Notes: generated from the sequence alone by a model not told the origin. DNA of 40,795 nt from a virus (IMGVR_UViG_3300021399_000116:1-40795), one strand, 5' to 3'. Shown: positions 9,391 through 19,544, counted from the first letter of the stretch. Numbers and translations: made by a program.

Positions 9391-11883
9391 ATGGCAGACA
9401 GTAAATCTAAATTTGAATATAAGCTATGGTTACCTAAAGCTCCAGAATCAGATGATTTTCCGAATAAATTTAATTTTTATTGTGTTAAATCTATAGAAGA
9501 ACTATCACAAGTTCTAAGTTCTTATGAACAATGTACTGCACTAGCATTCGATACAGAAACTACTGGATTAAATCATGAGGATATTTTCTTAGTTGGCTAT
9601 TCTTTTTGTTTGGATGGTAGAAATGCATACTATGTACCTGTAAAACATGAAACTTTTGGCTTAGGTGATAAAGCAATAGATTTAATTTATGAAAAGATGT
9701 GCAGTATGCCTACAGTATACATGTTTAATATGAGATATGATACTAGAGTAATGGAATGGCATGGATTTAAAGAGGCAATGGAAGGAATAGATGCAGCAGA
9801 TATTACAGAAGAAGCAAAAATTTCATTAAAGGCTAGAATACTTAAGAAGCAAGTTATGAGTAAATATGATATGTCAAAAGTAAATACAGTGGATGTACAA
9901 GCTATGGTATTTGATATGGACACAGGAAATAAATACCCAGCTTTGAAGAAATCAGAAGAATATTTCTTAGGATGGAGAGGAGCTAGTTTCGAAGAAACCT
10001 TAGGAGACAAAGGAAACTTCTATTATCTTACTCCAGAAGAAGCATACTTCTACGCTGCTACAGATGCTTTAGGAACTTTCTTAATTGGTGAAAAACTAAA
10101 ACCACTATTTTTAAAACAAACTAAACAATCTGGACAATTAGATGTAAAGTGTTTATTACCTTTATCTAGATTTGAGTGTGAAATGACTAGAGTAGATGTA
10201 GATAAACTAGGAGAATATTCAGTTGATTTATCTCGACAGATAAAAGGGTGTCAAGAAAGATGTTGGAAAACTGCAGGTAAAGAATTTAATTTAGGAAGTC
10301 CTAAAGATAACAATGAAATTCTAACTAAATTAAACATACATACAGGTGTAACTACTAGTAGAGGAATGAGTACTAGTAAAACTGCAATACAAGAATGTTT
10401 AAAAACTCTAAGTAAAGATGACCCTGCAAGACAATTTTTAAAAGATATAGTAGATTATGCAAGTTTAACTAAGCAAAGAAGCAGTTATGTAGATAACACT
10501 ATTGAAATGTGTAAAGCTGCTAAAAATCATCCTAATAGACTTAGATTTAGTTATAGAAATACTGAAGTTCCATCTGGAAGATTTGCAGCTGGAGGAGATA
10601 AAAAGAATCAATTTTTTAGCCAATTAAATATTCAAAATATAACTAAACCTCATGTAGTTATGCATTATACTATAAAGTTTGAAGATATAAAAGAACAATA
10701 TCCAGAAGTTTACAATAAAATTTTAGAAAGTGGGAGTCTAGAAGAGTGTGATGTAGAATTTACTTACACAGAAGAACAACTTTCTGAATTAGCTAAAACT
10801 GTAGGAGATTTAAAAGCCAATGAAATTATAAATAATATTAAGGGAAAAACATTTAAAAGACATGCATACAAAGTTTTAGATTGGGTATTTAGTAATTACC
10901 CTTGGTTAGTTCCAGGAGTAGATGAAGAAACGGTAGAAGGGTTTGATGGTTATTTAAACATAAGAGCAGCATTTATGCCAGACCCAGGATATTTATGGAC
11001 ATCAATAGACTTTAATGCAGAGGAACTTAGAATACCATCTATAATCACAAAAGAACCTGTATGGGTAGATGCTTTTAGTCATAATAGAGATATACATAAA
11101 GCAACTGCAATAGCTATATGGGGTGAAGAAAATTATGATAAAAATAAAAGAAAGATAGCTAAATCTGCTAACTTTGGTATTTTATATGGACAAACTGGAA
11201 GAAATTTTGCTAACACTTTTAATATGACACTAGAAGAAGGAAATAAATTTGTTGAAGACTTTAAATCATCTTTACCAGTTTTATTTAATTGGGTTAATGT
11301 TTGGGAGAAAGTAGGAGAAAAACAAGGTTATGTTACTACTTTATTTGGTAGACCTATAAGAGTTAAAAACTTTTTCGAATCTAATGAATATAAATGGAAA
11401 TCTTATGCTAAAAGATTATGTGTTAACGGTACTATTCAAGGAACTGGTGCTGATATAATGAAAATCTGTCTAATAAAGTTATTTAAAAAATTCTATGAAA
11501 CTAATAGAACAGATGAAGTTAGATTTAAGAATATGATACATGATGAAATAAACTATCAAATAAGAAAAGACGTGCTATTTAAAGTATTACCAGAAATAAT
11601 GGACATAATGAGAATACAGATGCCAGGTTGGCCATTTCCAATGGAAGTTGGATTAGAAATGGGAAACAGATGGGGACAATCAGTTCCATTTAGATTTACA
11701 ATAGAAAAAATAGAAGGAGAAACTAGTAAGATTTCAGGAGTTACACCTAAAACTGACCCTATAGATAAAAAGACTGTATGCGGAACTTTTAAAGTTTCTG
11801 AGCATGATGATATAGCAACAGAAGAAAAAGAAGAGGGAGAAGAGAAAGTTACTTTTAATTGGGAGGATGAAAAATATGAGTAA
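9391..11883 (+). CDS. polA: DNA polymerase family A with 3'-5' exonuclease
   Basis: ExoI LAFDTETTGL, ExoIII YAATDA, SGRFAA..NIQNI, motif A SIDFNAEELRI, motif B RKIAKSANFGILYG, NGTIQGTGADIMK, motif C MIHDEI. Confidence 0.95.
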   Translation: MADSKSKFEYKLWLPKAPESDDFPNKFNFYCVKSIEELSQVLSSYEQCTALAFDTETTGLNHEDIFLVGYSFCLDGRNAYYVPVKHETFGLGDKAIDLIYEKMCSMPTVYMFNMRYDTRVMEWHGFKEAMEGIDAADITEEAKISLKARILKKQVMSKYDMSKVNTVDVQAMVFDMDTGNKYPALKKSEEYFLGWRGASFEETLGDKGNFYYLTPEEAYFYAATDALGTFLIGEKLKPLFLKQTKQSGQLDVKCLLPLSRFECEMTRVDVDKLGEYSVDLSRQIKGCQERCWKTAGKEFNLGSPKDNNEILTKLNIHTGVTTSRGMSTSKTAIQECLKTLSKDDPARQFLKDIVDYASLTKQRSSYVDNTIEMCKAAKNHPNRLRFSYRNTEVPSGRFAAGGDKKNQFFSQLNIQNITKPHVVMHYTIKFEDIKEQYPEVYNKILESGSLEECDVEFTYTEEQLSELAKTVGDLKANEIINNIKGKTFKRHAYKVLDWVFSNYPWLVPGVDEETVEGFDGYLNIRAAFMPDPGYLWTSIDFNAEELRIPSIITKEPVWVDAFSHNRDIHKATAIAIWGEENYDKNKRKIAKSANFGILYGQTGRNFANTFNMTLEEGNKFVEDFKSSLPVLFNWVNVWEKVGEKQGYVTTLFGRPIRVKNFFESNEYKWKSYAKRLCVNGTIQGTGADIMKICLIKLFKKFYETNRTDEVRFKNMIHDEINYQIRKDVLFKVLPEIMDIMRIQMPGWPFPMEVGLEMGNRWGQSVPFRFTIEKIEGETSKISGVTPKTDPIDKKTVCGTFKVSEHDDIATEEKEEGEEKVTFNWEDEKYE

Positions 11884-12025
11884 ATCTTTATACTTTTATT
11901 GTAAGAAATATGATAGATGGATAAATGATTTAAAGAAAATAGAAGCATCTGAGGAGCAATTAGAGTGTTTACAAAACTGTATGAACTGTGAGCATAAAGA
12001 TAATATATGGGTAGAGGAGGACTAA
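11876..12025 (+). CDS. small Cys-rich protein (49 aa, not in ORF track)
   Basis: MSKSLYFYCKKYDRW...CLQNCMNCEHK; SD GGAGG; overlaps polA stop. Confidence 0.65.
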   Translation: MSKSLYFYCKKYDRWINDLKKIEASEEQLECLQNCMNCEHKDNIWVEED

Positions 12026-12026
12026 A

Positions 12027-12284
12027 ATGTTTAAAATATTAGATGAGGAAGGAAATGCTACTTTAGATGTAGATACATTAAATCTAAATAAGAATGATGT
12101 ATTAGTAGTAAAAAGTAGAAACAGCATATCTATACAAGACAAAAGTACTTTAGAAAGATTATGTTCAATATTTCCTGAAAATAGAGTAGTATTTTTACCT
12201 GATGGATATGACCTAGGAGTACTTAAAACAGACTTAGACATGGTAGAAGAAAAAATTTCAAAGAGAAAGGTGTTGAAGGGATAA
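12027..12284 (+). CDS. hypothetical protein
   Basis: SD GGAGG; coupled to neighbours. Confidence 0.7.
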   Translation: MFKILDEEGNATLDVDTLNLNKNDVLVVKSRNSISIQDKSTLERLCSIFPENRVVFLPDGYDLGVLKTDLDMVEEKISKRKVLKG

Positions 12285-12484
12285 TGCTTATAAAACTTTA
12301 TATACACCCAGATAAATTGGTTAGTATTAAAAACAATGATGCAGTTTTAGCAAAACAGATGCCTAATTCACAGTATGAAATAGAAATATTTATAGACACT
12401 AGATTATATAATGTATCTAATCAACAAAATGGTGTTTTAATTAAAAGAAAATCATTAATAGAAAGATTATTGAAAAGGAAGTAG
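12284..12484 (+). CDS. hypothetical protein
   Basis: TAATG coupling. Confidence 0.65.
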   Translation: MLIKLYIHPDKLVSIKNNDAVLAKQMPNSQYEIEIFIDTRLYNVSNQQNGVLIKRKSLIERLLKRK

Positions 12485-12489
12485 AAAAT

Positions 12490-13011
12490 ATGAAAATAGA
12501 GAAGAAAATGCCTAATGATAGATGGACAGTGCCAGTTCCTGCAGAATATTCAAAAGCAATAGGAATTTATCAAGGAGGACCTGTATTTATAGAGCTTGAA
12601 GAACAAAATAATAGAATTATATTAACTTCTAATGAGAAAGTCTCTGAAGTCAATCTAGTGCCTCAGAGACCACCTGAAATAACCTCACAAAGAGAATTTA
12701 AAGAAGAAAAAGAATATTCTAAAGAAGAGATTTTAGAGCTTGTGAAATATATTATACAAGAAGAAAATATAGGTAGTGACCTAATGGATATAATATTAAG
12801 TAAAGATACTCTAATCGCTTTAAATAATATGCCTAAAGAAAAGTGCGCTCATTGTGGAGCAATACTAAAGGAGAATGAACAACTTAGAATAAATGGTAAA
12901 AGAATTTGTAGTAACTGTAAAAAGATGGAAGTTCAAAAGTTTTTATTCTACATAGAAAGGAGAAAGTTAGAAGATGAAAAAGAAAAAATCTTCAAACAAA
13001 GCTCAAGATAA
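12490..13011 (+). CDS. AbrB/SpoVT-like DNA-binding protein with C-terminal Zn finger
   Basis: N-terminal RWTVPVPAEYSKAIGIYQGGPVFIELEE resembles the AbrB motif (RITIPxE+RxxLGIxxGDxV); C-terminal CAHCG...ICSNC. Confidence 0.55.
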   Translation: MKIEKKMPNDRWTVPVPAEYSKAIGIYQGGPVFIELEEQNNRIILTSNEKVSEVNLVPQRPPEITSQREFKEEKEYSKEEILELVKYIIQEENIGSDLMDIILSKDTLIALNNMPKEKCAHCGAILKENEQLRINGKRICSNCKKMEVQKFLFYIERRKLEDEKEKIFKQSSR

Positions 13012-13645
13012 TAAAGTAAAAGAGCAAGCAACTGAACAAGAAGTTGATATAGACTTAAATAACATAGATATAAACAGTATGTTAGATGATGACAATACTC
13101 ACAGCAGTTCTATGCAAGTAGGAGATATTTTACCTAATGTAGATAAATTAAATGAAGCTACTGGTATGGATGATTTAGATACTGCTAAAGAGCTTATACA
13201 GTATGCTTTTGCTAATGACACAGAAAAACCTATAATTTTACAAAAGTTGTTATCTGACGGTGATGCTAGAATTAAAGAAATATCTACAATAAATGCTCTT
13301 CAAAGTCAACTTAATATAACTAAGCTTTCTTCTTTAGAAAAAGTAATTTTAGATGATATTATAAAAAGTGTAGAAAATATGGCTTATATGAGTATAGAAG
13401 ACAAACTATCTATTTTAGCTACAGTCACAGTTGCAAAAGAGAAAGCTCAAAAACAAGTTTTTGAATATATAAAACTATCTTATGATTTTAATTCTATGCC
13501 TACTATATATCAACAACTAGTTAGCAAATTAATGATAATGCCAGATGACAAAGTTCATAGATTTACTTCTATTCCTGCTTTGATGGAATTACCAGATGAA
13601 TTATGGGATAGAATAATGGAAATAGTAAATCTATGGAATAAATGA
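12974..13645 (+). CDS. hypothetical alpha-helical protein
   Basis: 223 aa ORF; SD AAGGAG. Confidence 0.75.
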   Translation: MKKKKSSNKAQDNKVKEQATEQEVDIDLNNIDINSMLDDDNTHSSSMQVGDILPNVDKLNEATGMDDLDTAKELIQYAFANDTEKPIILQKLLSDGDARIKEISTINALQSQLNITKLSSLEKVILDDIIKSVENMAYMSIEDKLSILATVTVAKEKAQKQVFEYIKLSYDFNSMPTIYQQLVSKLMIMPDDKVHRFTSIPALMELPDELWDRIMEIVNLWNK

Positions 13646-13746
13646 GTCAGAACCATACACCAGAATGACTTTAGAGACATTTTTAAAAGAAAGAAATATA
13701 TTTATATAGATGGAAAATTAATAGCGCTATTAATTTTCTATTTTTA

Positions 13747-13775
13747 TTTACAAAAGTAAAAAGATATATTATAAT
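13747..13775 (+). promoter_or_regulatory. sigma-A-like promoter
   Basis: TTTACA-17 nt-TATAAT upstream of the SNF2 gene. Confidence 0.7.
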
Positions 13776-13805
13776 TAAAGCATAATATAATCAAGGGAGG
13801 TAGAA

Positions 13806-15500
13806 ATGGAAGCTAGTAGAGATTATACTATAAATAAGCAATTTCCTTTAAGTGAAGAACAGAATGAAATTATAGAATTTTTATTGACTAGAAAATACGC
13901 AGTAAATGGGGCACAAACAGGATTGGGAAAAACTTACTCTACATTAACTGCAGCAGTACTAGCTATGTTACAGAATAAAGATTTAGATACTGTAATTATT
14001 TGTCCTCAGTGTGCTGTTAAAGCTTTTAGAAGAGAACTAACAGAGAAAATAAAAGTTAGATTTAATTTATTAACTAGTGGAAAGAAAGATTTTCAATCTG
14101 GAGCTAGAATACATATAACTACTCATTCAGCATTTAAGAAATATGCAGAATTTTTTGATAAATTACATGAGAGTGGTAAAAAACTGTTATTAATGATAGA
14201 TGAAGCTCAGATAATGGCTGACTCTGGAAATCAACTTTATAAATTATTAGCAGAAAGAAGACACTATTTTAGTATAGTTTGGGAAATGACAGCAACACCT
14301 TTAGGAAATCATTTAGAAGGATTATACTGGTTGTTATTTTTCTTAAATCCTAAGATAGTAGGTAGCTTAGATGAGTTTAAAAGAAATTATTTTATAATTA
14401 CACATAATAATGTAGTAAGATGGTGTGGAAAATATCCTAATAAATACAAAAGAACTTTCAGAGAAGAGGTAGTTTTAGGTTATAAAAATTTAGACAAATT
14501 AGCAGAAGTTCTTAAAAACTATGTAATAATAAAACAAAAGCCGTATAATTTAGAGTGGCATTATCATAGATTTAAGATTACTCCAGAAGAGGAAGAGCAA
14601 TATTTTATAGCGGGTCAAGGATTAAAAAGAGAAACTTCAGAGAAGAATTTTGCAGTTAGAATGCATGATTTACAGATGGTTATTGATAATTTAACTATAC
14701 CAGTAGATAAAACAGTTCTAGAATATAAAATCAGAAAAGCGGCTGCAGACTCTGGTAAAAATATTTCTGATGAAAAAGTAAAAGAACTTCTTAGAAAAAA
14801 GATAGAAGAGTTAAATACTCATAGAAAAACTACTATCATGAAATCTAGTCTTAATAGTAAAGAAAAAGAATATCTAAATACTGTAGCAGAAGAAATGAAA
14901 AAAGGTAATCCAGTTTTAACTTATTTAGATTATTCAGATGCAGTAGATAGATTAGAAATGTTACTTAATAAAACTAGAGCTATTACAGGTGTAAAAGAAG
15001 TTTTGAAAGTAACTGGTTCTATTAATCTTAAAGAAAGAGAAAAGGTTGAAGAAGCTATAAAAGAAGGTACTGTAGTATTAATTACTAGTGCTGGTACAGA
15101 GTCTATAAATTTACAGAAGTCCAATTGTATGATATTTTATGATATACCGTTTTCAGTTTTAACTTTTATACAAGCTGTAGGTCGTATTACTAGAATGGAT
15201 AGTAAATATAGTAAACAACACATACATATTATAGAAGCCACTGGAACTATAGATTCTTATAAGAGGCTTTTAATAAATATGAATGCAAATCTTATAGAAA
15301 CCATTTTTGGAGGAATTGAAACTTTACCGATGGATATGCTAAAGATAGATAAAGGAGTTCAAGGAATCCTTAAAAGAAAATTACTTTGGTGTTTTGACAA
15401 TGAAAAACTAATAGAGCCTGAAGAATTAGATACTTTGTTAATTAAGGCAATGGAAGAGAAAAGACTAAAAGAAGAAAGGAGAAGGATGAAATATGACTAA
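13806..15500 (+). CDS. SNF2-family SF2 helicase/ATPase
   Basis: Walker A AQTGLGKT, IICPQ (Ia), MIDEAQ, MTATPLGN, AGTESINLQ, QAVGRITR (VI), TIDSY. Confidence 0.9.
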   Translation: MEASRDYTINKQFPLSEEQNEIIEFLLTRKYAVNGAQTGLGKTYSTLTAAVLAMLQNKDLDTVIICPQCAVKAFRRELTEKIKVRFNLLTSGKKDFQSGARIHITTHSAFKKYAEFFDKLHESGKKLLLMIDEAQIMADSGNQLYKLLAERRHYFSIVWEMTATPLGNHLEGLYWLLFFLNPKIVGSLDEFKRNYFIITHNNVVRWCGKYPNKYKRTFREEVVLGYKNLDKLAEVLKNYVIIKQKPYNLEWHYHRFKITPEEEEQYFIAGQGLKRETSEKNFAVRMHDLQMVIDNLTIPVDKTVLEYKIRKAAADSGKNISDEKVKELLRKKIEELNTHRKTTIMKSSLNSKEKEYLNTVAEEMKKGNPVLTYLDYSDAVDRLEMLLNKTRAITGVKEVLKVTGSINLKEREKVEEAIKEGTVVLITSAGTESINLQKSNCMIFYDIPFSVLTFIQAVGRITRMDSKYSKQHIHIIEATGTIDSYKRLLINMNANLIETIFGGIETLPMDMLKIDKGVQGILKRKLLWCFDNEKLIEPEELDTLLIKAMEEKRLKEERRRMKYD

Positions 15501-15705
15501 AGAACGTTTAAGTACCTTGTTAAACTCATTTAGTTGTATATTAGACTCTAAGCAAAAAATAGAAGATATAGAAAAAGCTCTAAGAGATAATGGCTTATCT
15601 TTGGATAACTTAGTTACAGTATTTACTTATAATAGAGATAAAGAAGTAGAACTTAGCTTGATGACTAAGCCTAATAAAGACATACACTTATACTATAAGA
15701 AATAA
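15493..15705 (+). CDS. hypothetical protein
   Basis: Overlaps SNF2 stop; SD AAGGAG. Confidence 0.65.
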   Translation: MTKERLSTLLNSFSCILDSKQKIEDIEKALRDNGLSLDNLVTVFTYNRDKEVELSLMTKPNKDIHLYYKK

Positions 15706-15720
15706 AAATTTAGAGTAGTT

Positions 15721-15742
15721 ATATATTATATTAGAGAATAAA
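15721..15742 (+). promoter_or_regulatory. candidate late-promoter motif ATATATTATATTA..AATAAA (copy 1)
   Basis: Same motif at 27079 and 36682, each upstream of a structural gene block. Confidence 0.45.
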
Positions 15743-15790
15743 ATTCTAATAAATGTATAACTATTTTTATTTTTGAAAGGAGAATGAATA

Positions 15791-16576
15791 ATGAAAAAAT
15801 TAGTACAAACTGGAGAAGACAATGAAGGAGTTTTCAATGTAATGGATGGTCTTAGTTTTGTTAGAGCCATTAATGATAATGCAACAGCATTAGGAACTGA
15901 AACTAAATTAGACTTAGAAATTTATAATACACCAGAAGCTATAGCTAAAGCTTTGAAAGAGCAAACTGGTAAGATAGGATTCCATACACCCGGAGGTCCT
16001 GATGATTTACCAACTTTTGAAGAAAAAGGAGCTCCTGTGGACTCACCATCAGAGCAAAAAGGAGGAGTAGCTCAAATTTATAATGAAGCATTAGGTGATA
16101 CAACAAAAAGCATTGCTATTACAACACCTCCTGATAAAACTACATACTATGAAGGAGAAGAATTAGACTTAACTGGAATGGTTGTAACTGCAACTGAAGA
16201 AGATGGAGATACTAAAGAAGTTACTGATTACACAGTTAATATAACTGAACCTTTAACTACTGCTGATACAGAATTTATAGTTAACTACAATGGAAAAACA
16301 GCTACTCAAGCTATCACTGTAAATGAAGATTTAATATCTAGCATTATAGTAGATACACCTCCTACTAAAGTTGAATATACTGAAGGAGAGACTTTTGACC
16401 CTACTGGTTTAGTTGTAAAGGTAGTTTATGATAGTGGTTCTTCAGCTGTTGTTAATAATGAAGATTTAACATTTAATCCAACTACAGATACTCCACTTAC
16501 TACAAGTGACACATTAGTTACAATTAGTTATAATGAATTAAATTGCACACAATCAATTACAGTAAATGAAGCTTAA
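15791..16576 (+). CDS. virion protein with two bacterial Ig-like (Big_3-type) domains; Hoc-like head decoration candidate
   Basis: Two repeats SIAITTPPDKTTYYEGEELDLTGMVVTA / SIIVDTPPTKVEYTEGETFDPTGLVVKV, each ending Q(A/S)ITVNE. Confidence 0.8.
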   Translation: MKKLVQTGEDNEGVFNVMDGLSFVRAINDNATALGTETKLDLEIYNTPEAIAKALKEQTGKIGFHTPGGPDDLPTFEEKGAPVDSPSEQKGGVAQIYNEALGDTTKSIAITTPPDKTTYYEGEELDLTGMVVTATEEDGDTKEVTDYTVNITEPLTTADTEFIVNYNGKTATQAITVNEDLISSIIVDTPPTKVEYTEGETFDPTGLVVKVVYDSGSSAVVNNEDLTFNPTTDTPLTTSDTLVTISYNELNCTQSITVNEA

Positions 16577-16603
16577 TAAGAAGAGATTTTTCTCTTCTTA
16601 TTT
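16575..16603 (+). terminator. intrinsic terminator
   Basis: AATAAGAAGAGA-TTTT-TCTCTTCTTATT. Confidence 0.75.
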
Positions 16604-16629
16604 ACAAAAATGAAATAATATGATATAAT
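16601..16629 (+). promoter_or_regulatory. sigma-A-like promoter with extended -10
   Basis: TTTACA-17 nt-TATAAT with TG at -15/-14. Confidence 0.7.
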
Positions 16630-16655
16630 GCTAATATTAGAAAGGAGAAACTTAA

Positions 16656-17888
16656 ATGAGCAAAATAAATAATACTTTTAAGAATATAAATGCTTCTATT
16701 TTTTCAGCTCTTAAAGAGTCTGCTGCTAATGAAGCTAGTGTGTGGAAAAATACTCTCAAAGAAACTGGAGAATGGGATGATGAAGACGATGAAATGGCTC
16801 TTTGGTTAGATGAATTAAGAAGTCAAGCTCAAGAATTAGCTAATCAAATAAATGGAGAAGTTAAATCTGTTACAGGGTTTGATGCTTATCAGGGACCAAG
16901 AGCTGTAGTACATTCACCTAAACACGGTGATGTAATAATGTGGTTTGACCAAGAAGATGATACTGGAAGAAGTTTTAATGTTAAAGTAGCACATGTAGGA
17001 TGGATTACTGGAGGAATAAATAATTTAGCTGATTTGTTAAATCAAGATACTATTCCAGAAAATGAAATTTTAAGTGAAGGTTCTATGGAGGATGAACTTG
17101 GAAAAGAAGCTGATGAATGGTTAGAAGACCAATATCGTAAATTAGAGAAAAAATATGGTCCTGATAAAGCACATGAAATGATTTATGGAAAATCAGACTC
17201 ATTAAAAGATAAAAATTCTTTCAAAGAAGGAGTACTTGTAGTAAATGATGATAAAGATATAGATAATACTGTTATTTTACTAAAAGATGTAAAAGCTCCT
17301 AATGGCTTAAGTGTAGTTTATTACAAAGATGTTTATTTTGTAGTAGATGAAAAAGATTTAAAAGAACTTGAAAAAAATAATATGTCAGTTTTACATCAAA
17401 GAGTTAGAGCTAGAAGTCTAGAAAGTCTTTTTAATGAGCTAAATGAATCTTTTATAAATAAAAGAAAGAAGCTTAAAGAATGGAAAGATGGAGGTAGCGC
17501 AAATCAATATGCTATTACATTCTATGTAAATTCTAATTTATCTGAAGAAGAACTAGAAGCTAGAACTCAAGAAGTAGTTTCAGCATTAGAAGATGATGAA
17601 ATGATAGAAAGACCTATAGAAGAAATAAAAGTAAAGAAAATCTCTGAAATACATAGAAGATTACCTGAAAGTTCTTTAAAAGAAGAAAGAGTAAATCAGA
17701 CAGTTAGAAAAGGTGATATATTTAGAAATAAAAACGGTGTTGCTTTAACTGTAACTGATGTAGATGATAAAAATCAAGTTACATATCATTTTTCTAGTAA
17801 TGGAGCAGTAGGAAAAGAGTATGATTGTATACCTTTAGAAAGTTTCTTACACATGGTAAATCAAAATGGTTACAGAAAGGAGATATAA
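16656..17888 (+). CDS. multi-domain putative internal head protein
   Basis: N-terminal ...SALKESAANE as in the capsid protein; internal ILSEG, LNESF, LKEW, SLKEE motifs separate small acidic domains. Confidence 0.65.
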   Translation: MSKINNTFKNINASIFSALKESAANEASVWKNTLKETGEWDDEDDEMALWLDELRSQAQELANQINGEVKSVTGFDAYQGPRAVVHSPKHGDVIMWFDQEDDTGRSFNVKVAHVGWITGGINNLADLLNQDTIPENEILSEGSMEDELGKEADEWLEDQYRKLEKKYGPDKAHEMIYGKSDSLKDKNSFKEGVLVVNDDKDIDNTVILLKDVKAPNGLSVVYYKDVYFVVDEKDLKELEKNNMSVLHQRVRARSLESLFNELNESFINKRKKLKEWKDGGSANQYAITFYVNSNLSEEELEARTQEVVSALEDDEMIERPIEEIKVKKISEIHRRLPESSLKEERVNQTVRKGDIFRNKNGVALTVTDVDDKNQVTYHFSSNGAVGKEYDCIPLESFLHMVNQNGYRKEI

Positions 17889-17890
17889 AC

Positions 17891-18130
17891 ATGAAAGTTT
17901 TAAATGAAAATGTATCTAAAAATATCATGAATAAATTAAATGAAGGATATAATGATGAGATAGGTGGAGACCCAGAAGATTATATCTCTGATTTGGAAGA
18001 ACTTAGAACTTATATAGATACTTTCGATATGAGCAAATTTGGAACTCATTTAGCATCTCAAATGGTTATGGATTTAGTTGAAACTATAAATAAGCAAATA
18101 GAATATACTAAAACAAAGTATGACTTGTAG
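17891..18130 (+). CDS. putative internal head protein, class A leader
   Basis: Start moved to ATG 17891 (SD AAGGAG): MKVLNENVSKNIMNKLNEG. Confidence 0.7.
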   Translation: MKVLNENVSKNIMNKLNEGYNDEIGGDPEDYISDLEELRTYIDTFDMSKFGTHLASQMVMDLVETINKQIEYTKTKYDL

Positions 18131-18139
18131 GAGGTAAAA

Positions 18140-18460
18140 ATGAAAATTTTAAGTGAAAATATTTCAAATAATATAATGAAAAAACTAAATGAAAGCTGGT
18201 CTAATGAATTAGGCATAGATTTAACTTCAGATGAAGAATCAACTTTAGATGATATGATGAATAAAGACTATGATTTAGAAATTGATGACTTAGATGATGA
18301 AGAAAAAGCAAAATATATAGATGTAGCAAACTCTATTAGAAAATTAGGACCAGAAGAAGCATATATAGACGTAGAAAAAGAAGTCAAAGAAAAAGCTAAA
18401 GAAAATCATTTAGATGCAGATTTATTGGCTTATATCTATTTGAGCCAATATAAACACTAG
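18140..18460 (+). CDS. putative internal head protein, class A leader
   Basis: MKILSENISNNIMKKLNES followed by an acidic domain. Confidence 0.7.
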   Translation: MKILSENISNNIMKKLNESWSNELGIDLTSDEESTLDDMMNKDYDLEIDDLDDEEKAKYIDVANSIRKLGPEEAYIDVEKEVKEKAKENHLDADLLAYIYLSQYKH

Positions 18461-18474
18461 AGGAGGTGAAAATA

Positions 18475-19158
18475 ATGCCAATAAAGTTAAATGAGTTAAT
18501 GAACTCTGGTAGTATTTTAGAGTCTAAGAAATCATCTAGACCTGGAGTTCTTAAAACTATAATTGCTAAAATTACAGATTACTTACCTAATAGAAATGGT
18601 AGAGTTTATCCCAGAAAAATCTGGGAAAAGGCTTGTAATTCTGACCTAGTAAAAGAGCAAGTAGCTTGTAACTGTTTCTTCGGAGAAGCTAATCACCCTT
18701 TTGATGATAGAATGGACATAGATTTAACTAATGTATCTCATGCTATATCTAAGTTAGATATTAGAGATGATGGAGTTTATGGTACTATAGATATATTAGA
18801 CACACCTTCAGGAGGTATAATAAATAAACTATTAGACTATGGTTCTAAAATAGGAATATCTTCTAGAGGATGTGGTAGCTTAGATGATACTACTAATACA
18901 GTACAAGATGACTATCAACTATTTGCATTTGATATAGTAGCTAGACCTTCTGTAGCTGCAGCCAGATTAACTGAAAGTGAAGAACTTATGAAACAAGGCA
19001 AAGTTGTTATGACAGAGGCTGAAGTTAAATCAGTTTTAAATAATTATAGGAATAATGTCTTGAATGAATCAGGTTACATTCAGAGGGAAAAAGAGAGTGT
19101 AGCTAATAATATTATTAGTAGACTTATAAAAGAGTCTCAAGAATTAAATAGGAGGTAA
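18475..19158 (+). CDS. prohead protease, T4 gp21-like
   Basis: NRNGRVYP, GEANHP, VSH, GISSRGCGS, FDIVARPS; start moved to ATG 18475 after SD GGAGGTG. Confidence 0.92.
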   Translation: MPIKLNELMNSGSILESKKSSRPGVLKTIIAKITDYLPNRNGRVYPRKIWEKACNSDLVKEQVACNCFFGEANHPFDDRMDIDLTNVSHAISKLDIRDDGVYGTIDILDTPSGGIINKLLDYGSKIGISSRGCGSLDDTTNTVQDDYQLFAFDIVARPSVAAARLTESEELMKQGKVVMTEAEVKSVLNNYRNNVLNESGYIQREKESVANNIISRLIKESQELNRR

Positions 19159-19160
19159 AG

Positions 19161-19544
19161 ATGAAAATATTAAATGAAAATGTTTCTAGAGATATAATGA
19201 AAATATTGAATGAAAGTGCTAGAAATAAATGGCAAATTCCAGAAAATTTAAAAGTAGTAGACATAAATATGACTAATGACCCACATGGAACTTGTATGGG
19301 AAAGTTTAATGATGGAACTTGGTTTGTATCTAGTAATGGAAGTATAGGAATTTATGATGCAGACCCTGCAGGCGCTTATGGTTTTAATGATGAATATGAT
19401 GAAGATTATTATGCAGATAATGTAGATGAAATAATTGAAGATTTTGATAACAATCATTTACTAGCTGGGTTTGAAGCTGATTTTAATAACTATGAAAATT
19501 CTAGTTATAACAAATTGCAAAAATTAATCTATAAAAATAAATAA
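19161..19544 (+). CDS. putative internal head protein, class A leader
   Basis: MKILNENVSRDIMKILNES. Confidence 0.7.
   Translation: MKILNENVSRDIMKILNESARNKWQIPENLKVVDINMTNDPHGTCMGKFNDGTWFVSSNGSIGIYDADPAGAYGFNDEYDEDYYADNVDEIIEDFDNNHLLAGFEADFNNYENSSYNKLQKLIYKNK

Noticed and set aside
10642-10959. Intein or intron in the DNA polymerase
   Set aside because: The frame is continuous, with no splicing motifs (C/S start, HN end) and no endonuclease motifs.
13642-13760. Possible small ORF between 13645 and the SNF2 promoter
   Set aside because: ATG-started frames are only 8-14 codons with no SD; treated as intergenic.
15984-15998. CAT ACA CCC GGA GGT as a slippery site in the Ig gene
   Set aside because: The ORF continues in frame into the Ig repeats, so no shift is needed.
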